A stretch of 64,000 bases of DNA from Candidatus Bathyarchaeota archaeon (GCA_963717465.1 OY970340.1:2144001-2208000); one strand, 5' to 3'; shown: positions 50,825 through 61,445, numbered from the stretch's first letter. The notes: generated by a model from the sequence alone, not told the origin. Numbers and translations are program-made.

Positions 50825-51551
50825 ATGGATATAGAAAAAGTTGCAGTTTCATGGAGTGGCGGCAAAGACGGTTGTTTTGCTTGCTACAAAGCCATGAAGG
50901 AAGGCTTCCAAGTTTGTAACTTGTTAACTATGATGAAAGATGAATTTACGTCAAGTTTCCATTTAATTCGCTCTGACCTGCTTAGATGCCCAGGCAGCAG
51001 CTTTCGGAATTCCCATAATTAAAAAGAAGACTACGCTTGAAGGGTACGATGAAGATTTTAAAGCCGCTCTAAAACAATTAAAAGAGTTGGAGTAGAAGCC
51101 TTGGTTACTGGAGACATATATGAAGTAAGCGGACACGAGACAGGCTGGTTGGAACGAATCTGCAGCGAAGTTGGTTTGAAAACTTGGAAGCCGCTATGGA
51201 TGGGTGACACAAAAAAAATTTTCTGAGGATTATTTGAAGGCTGGCTTTAAAGCGATTGTAGTTAGAACAAAATTGGATGTGCTTAGAGCCAGTTGGCTGG
51301 GCAGGCAATTGAATGAAGAATTTCTCAAAGATATAATTGAGCTTGGAAATGTGGATCCGTGCGGAGAAAACGGTGAATACCATACGCTTGTTATCGACGG
51401 GCCAATATTCAATAGAAGCATTGAAATTGTTGAAACTAAGAAGCATAAGCTAGAAAGCGGTTATGGATTCCTGGAGATAAAACAGTTCAAAGTAACCCAA
51501 AAGCATGAGAGCCAAAAACGTCTAAAATCAGAAAATTCATTTGCTCATTAA
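50825..51551 (+). CDS. Dph6/MJ0570-like PP-loop ATP pyrophosphatase (about 3 indels)
   Basis: SWSGGKDG, VTGDI, PLW, DPCGENGEYHT.V.DGP.F. Confidence 0.8.
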
Positions 51552-51585
51552 AACCACGAACTAATGTAAAATAAGTGAGATTGTC

Positions 51586-52342
51586 TTGGTAGTTAAGCAA
51601 TTAAAAAACCTTCTATCTTTTCTTAACCGTCTTTCCAGTATCAATGGATAATAACTTTCTGACAGACTGCGCCAACTACATGTTCGCTTTTCCGTTAGTC
51701 GGCGCATTAATCGGTTTATTGGCTGGAGTATTCGGTTGGGCGCTAAGCTTCTTTCTTCCAACCTTAGTAGTTGGAACATTAATTCTAGCGTTAATACTGT
51801 TAATTACGGGGGTTCACCATACAGATGGCTTATTAGATTTTGGTGATGGCCTTATGGCTCATGGTTCTCCTGAGCATAAACTTGAGGTTATGCATGATCG
51901 TTTTACAGGCGCAGGAGGCATAGCCTTAGGCGTTATGACTCTTCTGATTACTGCCGTCGCCTTTGGGCAATTAAAAAGTGACATAATCATTCAAGCTATA
52001 ATCGTTGCAGAGGTTTCAGCAAAGCTTTCGATGGTTGTCACGACTTGGGCTGGCAAACCCGTGCGTCAAGGGATGAACTCACCCTTCATGCAAGCAATGC
52101 ATGGAGGCAAGGGCAATTTGCGCTTGATTATCGCTTTAATAATTTCACTTGTATTCGCGTTTCTGCTACTTCATGCGGCTGGTTTATTCATCGTACTTGC
52201 TGCAATAATAACTAGTTTAGTTATGGTCGCAATAGCGCATAAGAATTTTAATGGGGTAACGGGTGATGTTTTAGGTGCTACTAACGATCTTTCAAGAATG
52301 GTTGCAATCGTTGTTTTATTGGCGGTGATTAGTTGGGCGTGA
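51586..52342 (+). CDS. cobS: Cobalamin synthase (frameshift near 51625)
   Basis: FPLVG, H.DGL.DF.D, MHD...GA.G, GVTGDVLGA. Confidence 0.9.
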
Positions 52343-52950
52343 CAGCGCTTGTTATGGCTGGAGGCAAGGGCTCACGTTTAAAAATTGCTCAGGAAAAACC
52401 GTTGATAAAAGTATGCGGTAAACCAGTTATCGATTATGTCCTCATGGCTTTGCTGAGCGCAAAGAAAGTTGATTCGATTATTGTGGCAGTTAGCAATAAT
52501 ACGCCCAAAACTGGGGAATTAATGGCTAATTTCCCCGTTAAAGTTATCCAAACACCCGGAAAAAATACTGTTTTTGATATGGGATACGCCGTCGAGCAGC
52601 TTAAGCTTGGAGTCGTCTTGGTCATTGCTGCTGACCTTCCACTGATAACTGGAAAAACCTTGGATGGCATAATTGATTATTATGAGCATTGCGGTAAACC
52701 TGCCTTGAGTGTTATCGTCTCAGCAGAAACTAAAGAACGGTTGGGAATGAGTATAGAACATGCATACAAAATAGGAGATAGACAGGTTGTCCCCGCCGGG
52801 ATTAATATCATTAATGGGCATAAAAGAATTGGCGATGAGTGGCTTGAACAAGAAGATTATCTGTTAGATATAGAACAAGTTGCCGTCAATATTAACACTC
52901 TCGAAGAATTAAGAGCTGCCAAACGCCTAATGGAGAGCGCAATTACTTGA
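52333..52950 (+). CDS. cobY: Adenosylcobinamide-phosphate guanylyltransferase
   Basis: MAGGKGSRL...EKPL, ADLP, PAGIN, NINT. Confidence 0.85.
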   Translation: MGVTALVMAGGKGSRLKIAQEKPLIKVCGKPVIDYVLMALLSAKKVDSIIVAVSNNTPKTGELMANFPVKVIQTPGKNTVFDMGYAVEQLKLGVVLVIAADLPLITGKTLDGIIDYYEHCGKPALSVIVSAETKERLGMSIEHAYKIGDRQVVPAGINIINGHKRIGDEWLEQEDYLLDIEQVAVNINTLEELRAAKRLMESAIT

Positions 52951-53000
52951 CATTTTGTTGTGACATTTTGGTGTTAATGGGTATATGGTAAGCTGATACC

Positions 53001-54398
53001 ATGAACACTCCAAGGATATTAATCGCAGGCATGCATAGCGGTGTTGGAAAAACCACGGTTTCGTTAGGTTTAATGGGAGCTGTCAAAGAATTGGGGTTTA
53101 GGGTCCAAGGCTTCAAAGTCGGCCCAGACTATATTGACCCGAGTTATCACAATGTAGTTACTGGCGGAGCCTCGGAAAACCTGGATTCCTGGATGATACC
53201 GCACGACCAGATCATTGAATTATTCAATCGGGCAGCTTCCCACGCAGACATAGCGGTAATTGAAGGGGTTATGGGTCTATACGACGGCGTAAACGGTCTA
53301 GATGAATCAGGAAGCACAGCTGAAATCGCTAAAATATTAAAATGCCCAGTGATTTTGGTTATTGACTCACATGCATTGGCTCGAACCGCTGGAGCACTGG
53401 TTTTAGGCTTCAAAAATTTTGATAAAAAAGTAAATTTTGCCGGCGTTATCGTTAATAGAGTCGCAAGCCAAACCCATGCATTATGGTGCAAGCAAGCCAT
53501 CGAATCATCTACAGGGATAAAAGTTATTGGCTCATTGCCAGTTAATTCCGAATTGAAACTTCAGGAAAGACATTTAGGATTGATTCCCACTGTAGAAACC
53601 AAAACATTCAATCCAATATTAGCAAAGATCATGCGATTCGTGAAAAATAACATAAATATTGATGCAGTTATAGAAATTGCAAGATCCGCTAAACACCAGC
53701 CAAAAACCGCAAACCCAGTTTATCCGAAATTAAACATGCCTAAGAGAGTCGCTATAGGCGTAGCTTTCGACGAAGCCTTCAATTTTTATTATCCAAGCAA
53801 CCTGTCGCTTCTTGAAGTATATGGAGCGGAAATTAAGCATTTTAGCCCTATTCACGACCCAGAGTTACCAAACCACGTGAACGGATTGTACATTGGCGGT
53901 GGCTTTCCAGAGATGCTTCCAAAACAGTTAGAAGATAACCAAAAAATGCAAAATGCAATTAGAAAAGCCGCAGACATTGGAATGCCAATTTATGCTGAAT
54001 GCGGTGGTTTAATGTACCTAACAGACTCAATAGCCGATTTTGAAGGAAACACATTTCCTATGGTTGGCATATTGCATGGCAAAACTCTGATGACAAGCAA
54101 GACATTGCTTAACTATACTATTTCAAAGACATTCAAAGATAACATTTTAACCGCTGAAGGCTGCCTTTTAAGAGGTCATGAATTTCACTGCTCCAAAATT
54201 ATTGATATTTCAAGTGATGCACAATTTGCTTATCGCATGCAACAGGGTGAAGGTATAGTCAGAAAACAGGATGGCTGGATTAAAAACAATATTTTAGCCT
54301 CCTACATGCATATTCCTTTCATACAGTGTAGACAATTAGCATTTAATTTTGTAAATGCTTGCGAGAAACATAAAGATGAAAAGGCTTCAGCGACGTAA
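53001..54398 (+). CDS. cbiA: Cobyrinate a,c-diamide synthase
   Basis: SGVGKTT, GPDYIDP, EGVMGLYDG, ERHLGL, AECGG, GHEFH. Confidence 0.92.
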   Translation: MNTPRILIAGMHSGVGKTTVSLGLMGAVKELGFRVQGFKVGPDYIDPSYHNVVTGGASENLDSWMIPHDQIIELFNRAASHADIAVIEGVMGLYDGVNGLDESGSTAEIAKILKCPVILVIDSHALARTAGALVLGFKNFDKKVNFAGVIVNRVASQTHALWCKQAIESSTGIKVIGSLPVNSELKLQERHLGLIPTVETKTFNPILAKIMRFVKNNINIDAVIEIARSAKHQPKTANPVYPKLNMPKRVAIGVAFDEAFNFYYPSNLSLLEVYGAEIKHFSPIHDPELPNHVNGLYIGGGFPEMLPKQLEDNQKMQNAIRKAADIGMPIYAECGGLMYLTDSIADFEGNTFPMVGILHGKTLMTSKTLLNYTISKTFKDNILTAEGCLLRGHEFHCSKIIDISSDAQFAYRMQQGEGIVRKQDGWIKNNILASYMHIPFIQCRQLAFNFVNACEKHKDEKASAT

Positions 54399-54403
54399 TT
54401 ACT

Positions 54404-54601
54404 TTATTGGCTGCTAGTTTTCTTGTTCGCAATCTCTCGAAGGTTTTGGATTGGCGAATCTTGCAATTCCGAATTCGCATAGATCTTTTCATGATATTTT
54501 TTCTCGGCGACTTTTGCTTTAGATTCATTTGAACTGAATTCAACGCTATTTTCCAGTTTTCTTATTGTCCTGCCGAGTCTACGCTGTCCTATGGTAACCA
54601 T
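54404..54601 (-). CDS. Small basic hypothetical protein
   Basis: 65-aa ORF filling the intergenic space. Confidence 0.45.
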   Translation of the reverse strand: MVTIGQRRLGRTIRKLENSVEFSSNESKAKVAEKKYHEKIYANSELQDSPIQNLREIANKKTSSQ

Positions 54602-54684
54602 TTAAATCATACTCAACAAAGTATCTTCCGCCTAATTAAATAAATTTTTAGGAAAAGAAAATGCAAATAGAACAAGAATTATCG

Positions 54685-55428
54685 CTAATGATCGGCAACC
54701 AGCGTATTCTCAATAACTTGTTTTGTTAACGAAACTGTTTCATTGACACTGCTACCTTTAAGGATAATTGATTTAGCTTCAGGACCTAAATTGAAAAGCA
54801 AGTCAATTATTGACATGTTGGGTTCAAATCCATCGAAATTTTGCTTATAAAACGGATGAGTATAATTATGCCAAATAATTTTAATATTGGAATCTGAAAA
54901 TTTGCTTTCTTCCATGTATTTTTTTCCGCCTGAACCTGAAAGGTAGGTATCGGCGCCAACGTGCTTACATAAAGAAATTAATTTTCCGTTTTTTTCTTTA
55001 TCATGGTGAGGGAACTTGGATGAAAAAGCAAGTTTCATTCTGAAGCCTAAACTCTGAGCAAACTTTTCTATTAAATTTAAATCCAGATCAATCAAAGAAT
55101 CATAATTAACCGCTAAAGTCTCTTCCACTATTGAGAAGTACTCTTTAAAATATGGTGCTTTGTCATAATTCTGCCTTAAAATTCTTAAATGATTTTGCTT
55201 CCATTGATCTCCAGCTATCTTAACATCTTTTATTAATTGAGGATAATTATGTTTGATGGGAACAGTTAGCCATCTCCAGCCCTGCATTGTTCTTATCCGA
55301 TTTCTGTTCTGAAAGCCTCCGTGAACAAACTGTGCATCATCATAAACAATAAAAATATCAGATTGCAAGAGCTTATCAAAAAATCCGATCCAGGGGATAT
55401 ATTCTGGCTGATGCACAAATGTAATCAT
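54685..55428 (-). CDS. WbqC family protein
   Basis: HQP.Y.PW.G.F, NRNRI, WLTVP, YLSG..G..Y, SIIDLLFN.G. Confidence 0.88.
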   Translation of the reverse strand: MITFVHQPEYIPWIGFFDKLLQSDIFIVYDDAQFVHGGFQNRNRIRTMQGWRWLTVPIKHNYPQLIKDVKIAGDQWKQNHLRILRQNYDKAPYFKEYFSIVEETLAVNYDSLIDLDLNLIEKFAQSLGFRMKLAFSSKFPHHDKEKNGKLISLCKHVGADTYLSGSGGKKYMEESKFSDSNIKIIWHNYTHPFYKQNFDGFEPNMSIIDLLFNLGPEAKSIILKGSSVNETVSLTKQVIENTLVADH

Positions 55429-55737
55429 GTCTTTCACTTCAGTATAGAACCAATTCTCCGATTTTCGTAGCAATCACTCAAATTTTTAAATTAAAACTTA
55501 ATAGTTAAGAGCAAACAATTATCAAATTAAAGAACTTGATAAGTCTATATAAGGACTAGTTATTGCATCTAGCTGCCTACAACTCTCTCTTTTGCTCGTA
55601 GGCTCCATTAAACGGTTTTTAAAGATAACGAATCGTGGCTTCGATAACTGACAACAGCTGAGGGTAATTTATCAAAAATGGTTTTAGCGTTTTTAAAGCA
55701 GAAAAATTATAAATTTTGCAGTTTTTTCTTGTTTTTT

Positions 55738-56541
55738 CTAAATTTCGAATTTCTGGATAATTCTGTTTTCTTTTTCACCCGTTATTTCTGCTTCAACATG
55801 GAAGAACTGTTGAAGCCTTGAATTAACAATTCTTGGCTTAAGCAACTCGTCGATTTGGAAAACACCCGCAGAATTTGACATGCGAATCTTAATCACGATC
55901 GGTTTATCATCGTTTTCTCGCACTTCAACCACTACTTTTTCGATTGAAAGCGCAGATATAGCATGAATATCAACTTTGCCTGACTCAAAGGGAATTCGAG
56001 CTCTTCCCGCTTCCATATCCAATGCGTCAGCGATGCTTACAATCCCAGCCTCAAAGGTTAAGGGCTTGTTTGGTTGTTCATGGGCAACAATTGCATGCAG
56101 AACTTCTGAGGTCATTATAGCCTGTTCCTCAGCAGTGTAGATTGGGCTTAATAGTCTGTTAAGAAATTCCATTGCTAAAAAGGCGCTGTACTTTTCATGG
56201 CTTTCCCGTTGAACAGTCATGCCTAAGTCATGCAGTATTGAGCCAAGTACGACCACGATTTCTGCATCCTCATTTGTCATTCCATAGTTTTCGACGATAC
56301 TGGGTTTTATGAGTTGCTTCTCGATTAGTGTGCGGAGTAACTTCAGGGCTAGATTAGCAACTATTTTAACGTGTGTTGGACCGTGATCAGTGTAACCCAT
56401 GCGGTCGATCGCCATTACGTTGGCGCATCTCCAAAGAGTCTGCAATTTTTTATCTTCCTTGATTTTATCCATAACATCTTTGAGTTTACCATTATTCCGA
56501 ACAGGCAGGTTAAAGACGTATGACAATCTGTTAAACTCCAA
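55738..56541 (-). CDS. HD-domain phosphohydrolase
   Basis: DHGPTH, LHDLG, AH, ADALD. Confidence 0.88.
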   Translation of the reverse strand: MEFNRLSYVFNLPVRNNGKLKDVMDKIKEDKKLQTLWRCANVMAIDRMGYTDHGPTHVKIVANLALKLLRTLIEKQLIKPSIVENYGMTNEDAEIVVVLGSILHDLGMTVQRESHEKYSAFLAMEFLNRLLSPIYTAEEQAIMTSEVLHAIVAHEQPNKPLTFEAGIVSIADALDMEAGRARIPFESGKVDIHAISALSIEKVVVEVRENDDKPIVIKIRMSNSAGVFQIDELLKPRIVNSRLQQFFHVEAEITGEKENRIIQKFEI

Positions 56542-56958
56542 TATGATTTTATTCCAAATAAGGAATTAAATTTAATACGCATTTATTTAATTCTTTGTGA
56601 ATTTTAGTCTTATAATTTATTGCAATGATTGTTTCAGATTAGCTTTAAAATCAATACTTAAAATTAATAATTCTTTAATTTTCAGCATCATATCTTAATA
56701 TTTTGATAAATATTGCGTAGAAGTTGAAAAAGGGGATACTGCATTTACCAATAAAATGAAACATCCAAATGGTCACTTAAGAAACCTAACATTGGAAATA
56801 CGCAATAAATTCAGTAGCTATTCTCAAAAACAAAACCATGCGCATGAGCAGGCGATCAAAGCGAAACTTCAAAAAAACAAGCATTAAAAACGAAAAATTC
56901 TGAGGATTCGAATGTACATTGTCAATTTTCTCTCTTTAATTTCTGTCTTTGTCTTGAT

Positions 56959-57291
56959 ATTTCTGAAAAGGGAGCACTTGAAATAAGAAGCCAACAAACG
57001 AATGACCAAGTAGAGATCGCATTCACCGACACAGGTGTAGGAATTCCTAAAGAAATCTTGCCAAAGATCTTTTCGCCGCTTTTTACAACTAAAGCAAAAG
57101 GCATAGGCTTTGGATTATCAATATGCAAACGAATTGTAGAATCACATGGAGGTGAAATAACGGTTAAAACGGCAGTAAACCAGGGAACAACATTTACGGT
57201 AACCCTGCCGGTCGAGCCTAAACTTGAGAGTGCAGTTGAAAAACCGTCGATAGACCTGCCTAAATCATTGCTCACGAGGTCAAAAACATAA
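56959..57291 (+). pseudogene. Orphan C-terminal half of a histidine kinase HATPase domain
   Basis: FTDTGVGI, F.PLFTTK..G.G.GL, HGG.I; no N-box, H-box or start codon upstream. Confidence 0.7.
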
Positions 57292-57490
57292 GAGATAGAT
57301 AGCAAAGAATGAAACGCTGCTTTTGTCCTTGCCTTGAAAACATGAATTGTAGAGAATCGCTAAGCCTGCTAAAGATCTGCTTAAGCAAAAACGAATTTTA
57401 GAAAAATCAATTAATAAGGCTCTGTATATTAGTACATACGCTTTTAAGTAGGGTTATTCATTCTTTTTTTATTGCGACGAGGTTTACGAT

Positions 57491-57796
57491 TTGGGAAAGA
57501 AGAAAGTACTGAGCGAAGGCGAAATCAGTGAATTAGTATATCCCGGACAAGGAGAAGTACTCGGTGTAGTTGTCAAACTGCTCGGTTTTGACCGGATACT
57601 AGTCAAATGTCAAGATGGCGCTGAAAGGTTATGCCGTATTAGAGGCAAAATGAAACGAAGGGTTTGGATTCGTGAGGGTGACATCGTGATTGCTTCGCCT
57701 TGGGATTTTCAGAGCGACAAACGTGGTGACGTAGTTTGGCGTTACACTCATGCGCAGGCTGACACGCTTAGGCGAAAAGGCATTTTAACTCTTTAA
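57491..57796 (+). CDS. eif1a: Translation initiation factor aIF-1A
   Basis: RIRGKMKRRVWIREGD...PWDFQ. Confidence 0.95.
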   Translation: MGKKKVLSEGEISELVYPGQGEVLGVVVKLLGFDRILVKCQDGAERLCRIRGKMKRRVWIREGDIVIASPWDFQSDKRGDVVWRYTHAQADTLRRKGILTL

Positions 57797-57921
57797 TTCT
57801 TTATCATCTACTTGCTTTCTTAACTTGTTAAATTATTGTTTTTTCACTTAAATTACTTCAATTTTTGCTTTTCTGTTGAAGTGTTTTTAAATATGTGACA
57901 TGCCATACGTAAGAGTATTCT

Positions 57922-58704
57922 ATGTCAAGAAAAGCTCAGGAAAGACTTGCGCATCGCGAAAAAGCTGTGGAAAAAAGAGATAAAATGCTAATCCACGACC
58001 TATCTAACGAACGAGCTACGTTAGAGGAGGTTTTTGATCAATCAACACTTATGATTGTTTATGGATTACTAAATAGTGGCGTTTTGTACGAGGTAAACGG
58101 GGTTGTTAATTCTGGAAAGGAAGCACGAGTTTACTGGGGTAAGAACAGAGAGGGCAAGGATTTAGCCGTTAAAATTTACTTAACTTCGTCAGCTGAATTC
58201 AAAAAGGGAATGCTCCGTTACATTGAGGGTGATCCACGCTTCAAAAATTTCAAGCGTGATACTCGGTCTTTGATTGCTGCTTGGGCTCAAAAAGAATTTC
58301 GCAATTTGGAAGAGGCTCTTCAGGCGAAAGTGCGTGTACCAAAGCCAATTGTTGTTCGCAGTAACGTTTTAGTCATGGAGTTCATCGGAAAAGAAGGTGT
58401 TAGCGCCCCGTCATTAAAGGAACAACTGCCAAGCAATCCTGAAAAAGTTTATCATGTAATAATTACTTACTTAAAGAGACTTTACCAAAAAGCCAAGATT
58501 GTCCATGGGGACTTAAGCGAATACAACATTATGATATGGAAGGGACGACCAGTCATATTCGATATGTCTCAATCAGTTTTTATATCGCATCCTATGGCAA
58601 ATTTCATGCTGCAAAGGGATATTACAAATGTAAATAAGTTCTTTAGACGGTTAGGTGTTAATGTCTATTCTGATGAGGAAACATACTCGCTGATTGTAGG
58701 TTAG
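57922..58704 (+). CDS. rio1: RIO1 family kinase
   Basis: SGKEA.VY, AVKIY, KEFRNL, VHGDLSEYNI, IFDMSQ. Confidence 0.93.
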   Translation: MSRKAQERLAHREKAVEKRDKMLIHDLSNERATLEEVFDQSTLMIVYGLLNSGVLYEVNGVVNSGKEARVYWGKNREGKDLAVKIYLTSSAEFKKGMLRYIEGDPRFKNFKRDTRSLIAAWAQKEFRNLEEALQAKVRVPKPIVVRSNVLVMEFIGKEGVSAPSLKEQLPSNPEKVYHVIITYLKRLYQKAKIVHGDLSEYNIMIWKGRPVIFDMSQSVFISHPMANFMLQRDITNVNKFFRRLGVNVYSDEETYSLIVG

Positions 58705-58711
58705 GTTAAGA

Positions 58712-59293
58712 ATGTCCAGTCCAGATGCATTTGTCAGAATTCCTAAGGAGCGTGTTGGCGTTTTAGTCGGTCCAGATGGAAAAGTAAAACAGTATATTGA
58801 AGATAGATTAAACGTTGAGCTTAAGATAGAAAGTGAAGAGGGAGGCGTAACTATAATTCTTCATGAGGGCATACCTGACCCATCTGTTTTGCTTAAAGCT
58901 AAAGACGTTGTACAAGCCATCGGCAGAGGTTTTGCTCCTAATGTTGCCTTCCGTTTGATTCGAAATGAAGACGAAATTTTCGACCTAGTTGATTTGCGAT
59001 TAGTCTTTGGCAGATCAGAGTCAGATATTAGCCGCATTAAAGCAAGAATTATAGGTGCAAACGGCAAAACACGTAGATTAATTGAGGAATTATCTGAAGC
59101 AAACGTGGTTGTTTACGGCCACACTGTTGGTCTTGTAGGAACTTTTGATCAAGTTGACACAGCTAGAAATGCTGTACAAATGATTATTGAAGGTTGCATG
59201 CATCATACTGTTTATAGGTATCTGCAAAAGAAGCGGACCGAAATGAAAAAGGAAAGGCTTGAGTTATGGGAAAAGCCAGAGAGCAAAAAATAG
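58712..59293 (+). CDS. KH-domain rRNA-processing protein (Dim2/Pno1-like)
   Basis: VLVGPDG, AIGRGF, RIIGANGKTR; follows rio1. Confidence 0.9.
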   Translation: MSSPDAFVRIPKERVGVLVGPDGKVKQYIEDRLNVELKIESEEGGVTIILHEGIPDPSVLLKAKDVVQAIGRGFAPNVAFRLIRNEDEIFDLVDLRLVFGRSESDISRIKARIIGANGKTRRLIEELSEANVVVYGHTVGLVGTFDQVDTARNAVQMIIEGCMHHTVYRYLQKKRTEMKKERLELWEKPESKK

Positions 59294-59409
59294 TTATACG
59301 CTGATAAAGTTGAATGAGAAAAACTCATGATTAGCGATTAATCCTTATATTTAGGTATCACGGGTCATAATGGCATAAAAAGAGAGTTAGGGAAAACGAA
59401 GGTAGCTGT

Positions 59410-59691
59410 TTGAGTCAATTCGTAGCCACGGTTAACATGTTTGTTGAATCCTCAGAGAAAGATAACGTTTTGATTGCACTCTCAAGAATCGATGCTATAA
59501 AAGAAGTTTATGAAGTAGCAGGGGAATATGACATTGTTTCCTTAATTTCAACTCCTGGCATGGAAGAGTTTCGAGAGCTATTACACAAAGAAATATTATC
59601 TATAAAAGGCATAAAAAGTACAGTTACAACTGTGATTTTGAAACTGCATGATAGACACGTTATCAAAAATATTTCAGAGAAAGGTATATAG
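59410..59691 (+). CDS. Stand-alone Lrp/AsnC ligand-binding domain
   Basis: YEVAGEYDIV, IKGIKST; no HTH. Confidence 0.8.
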   Translation: MSQFVATVNMFVESSEKDNVLIALSRIDAIKEVYEVAGEYDIVSLISTPGMEEFRELLHKEILSIKGIKSTVTTVILKLHDRHVIKNISEKGI

Positions 59692-59730
59692 CGCACTTAA
59701 AATACCCAACCATGGGAAAGGAGACCATAT

Positions 59731-60039
59731 TTGCCTCGTTTATTCGCATTTGTTGATATCTTTGTTGAATCTCCAGAAATGGATAATGTGGTTTCTGCTC
59801 TTGCTAAATTAAAGAATCTGGAAGAATTGTATGAGGTAACTGGAGAATTTGACATAGTTACGCTTGTTTCAGCAACGGACATTGAAGAATTCCGTGACGT
59901 CCTTAAAAACAAGATAATGAAAATTAAAGGCGTGAAAAGTACTGTGAGCTCAGTAGTCCTCAAAGTCCATAAAGGACCAAGGTATGATGGAGGCTCCAAA
60001 GGAACGAACGCCACCAATCCGCATCTCCTTAAAACATAA
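59731..60039 (+). CDS. Stand-alone Lrp/AsnC ligand-binding domain
   Basis: YEVTGEFDIV, IKGVKST; no HTH. Confidence 0.8.
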   Translation: MPRLFAFVDIFVESPEMDNVVSALAKLKNLEELYEVTGEFDIVTLVSATDIEEFRDVLKNKIMKIKGVKSTVSSVVLKVHKGPRYDGGSKGTNATNPHLLKT

Positions 60040-60101
60040 GAGCAGCTTCATTTTAATTCAGCTAAACGCAAATTAGCATTATTTACCGCTAAAATAGACA
60101 T

Positions 60102-60512
60102 TTAATGGCCATTTAACCATTTCTTGGCTAGTTCTTCAGCTTGCTGTTCTTGTTTTCTTTCAGTTTCTCTGGTCATTTTTGTAAATAATGGGCTTTTATG
60201 ATCTAATTTTGCGTGGGCGATCTCTTGAGCAATTATTAAAGAAAAAGTCTCTTCTTCTTCGTGTTTTAAGTATTGCGATAGAAAAATGAATCCTTTCTTA
60301 TCTTTCCAATCGTCTAGTCTTCCCCAAAAGGCCAAGTATTCTGAGCTTGAGGAAACGAAAAGTGTATTTTTAATAGTCCAATCAACAATTTCTTTCGGAA
60401 GTTTAGTTAGCGTTTTACTAATTATGATCCTAAATTCAGGACTGACACTGTTCGTTTCAGCTAACATTTGTTCTGCTTCATCTATTGTATATCTATCTTT
60501 CATTCTCGGCAT
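60102..60512 (-). CDS. Hypothetical zincin-like protein with QExxH
   Basis: IIAQEIAH...H...EQQAEELA..W. Confidence 0.55.
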   Translation of the reverse strand: MPRMKDRYTIDEAEQMLAETNSVSPEFRIIISKTLTKLPKEIVDWTIKNTLFVSSSSEYLAFWGRLDDWKDKKGFIFLSQYLKHEEEETFSLIIAQEIAHAKLDHKSPLFTKMTRETERKQEQQAEELAKKWLNGH

Positions 60513-60519
60513 TTATGCA

Positions 60520-60651
60520 AGCCTTCAGCTATAGGCAGGCTCTTGTAAGTGTCCAAGTTAACTGTAAAGTTAAAGTAGACACTTATCCGCACTCAAGATC
60601 CACATCATCCTCGCGTCTTCGGGGCCAGAGTCGTCATCGCCCACCTAAGCC
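60520..60651 (-). ncRNA. Candidate structured RNA or 5' leader
   Basis: Nested stems 60639-60647/60532-60540 and 60576-60585/60546-60555 with G-U pairs on the - strand; C/D-like boxes. Confidence 0.5.
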
Positions 60652-60762
60652 AAAAACAGGCTAAACAAACATTAAAATGTTCAGGTAAAACTAAACAATT
60701 CATTTTACGCCAAAGAAACCCATGAAATAGGCAGTTTTGTAACTATACTAAAGTTGATTAGG

Positions 60763-61320
60763 CTAAAGCTGTACCTTAATCTTATTCGCAAACCGTTCTT
60801 GCAGCTTAGCTATTTTTGGTGCAATGACTACCTGGCAATAAGAAAGTTTCGGATGCTTTTCAAAGTAGTCTTTATGATAAGTTTCTGCCTTGTAAAACAC
60901 TTTGAGCGGTTCCACGCTTGTAACGATTGGATTATCCCAGATACCTTGCTTATTTAAATCATCGATCATTTCCAGGGCAATTTGCTTTTGTTCTTCATTA
61001 TGGTAAAATACAGCTGAACGATACTGGATGCCAACATCATTCCCTTGGCGATTAAGCGTTGTCGGGTCGTGTGATGCAAAAAAGATTTCAAGAATTTCCT
61101 TAAAAGAAATAATTTCTGGATTAAAAGTTACTTGCGCCGCTTCAGCATGTCCACTTTGACCCGTTGAAACCTGCTCATAAGTTGGGTTAGGTGTTGATCC
61201 ACCTGTGTAGCCAGGTTCAACCAATTCTACTCCTTTAATTATCTTAAAAGTTGCTTCAATACACCAAAAACAACCACCAGCTAAAGTTGCAACTTCAAAT
61301 TTTACATGTTTATTTTCCAT
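60763..61320 (-). CDS. msrA: Peptide methionine sulfoxide reductase A
   Basis: GGCFWC, GYTGG, GHAE, HDPT, QYRS, AE.YH. Confidence 0.95.
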   Translation of the reverse strand: MENKHVKFEVATLAGGCFWCIEATFKIIKGVELVEPGYTGGSTPNPTYEQVSTGQSGHAEAAQVTFNPEIISFKEILEIFFASHDPTTLNRQGNDVGIQYRSAVFYHNEEQKQIALEMIDDLNKQGIWDNPIVTSVEPLKVFYKAETYHKDYFEKHPKLSYCQVVIAPKIAKLQERFANKIKVQL

Positions 61321-61445
61321 TAATCCTCCTCAAAAAGCCAATTATAGTTTAAAATTATAACTTGATCGTTAATAGTTTTGTGGTTGTAAAAGTACAACAA
61401 CTTAAAATAAAAATAAATAAACTCGTCATGATAAGGCTATATGCA

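Noticed and set aside
41927..52342. Programmed frameshifting or pseudogenisation of cob genes
   Set aside because: Indels also hit unrelated genes, lack consistent slippery sites, and come without in-frame nonsense decay; sequencing error is simpler
38000..54400. Cobalamin riboswitch
   Set aside because: Leaders are short and I found no B12-box consensus
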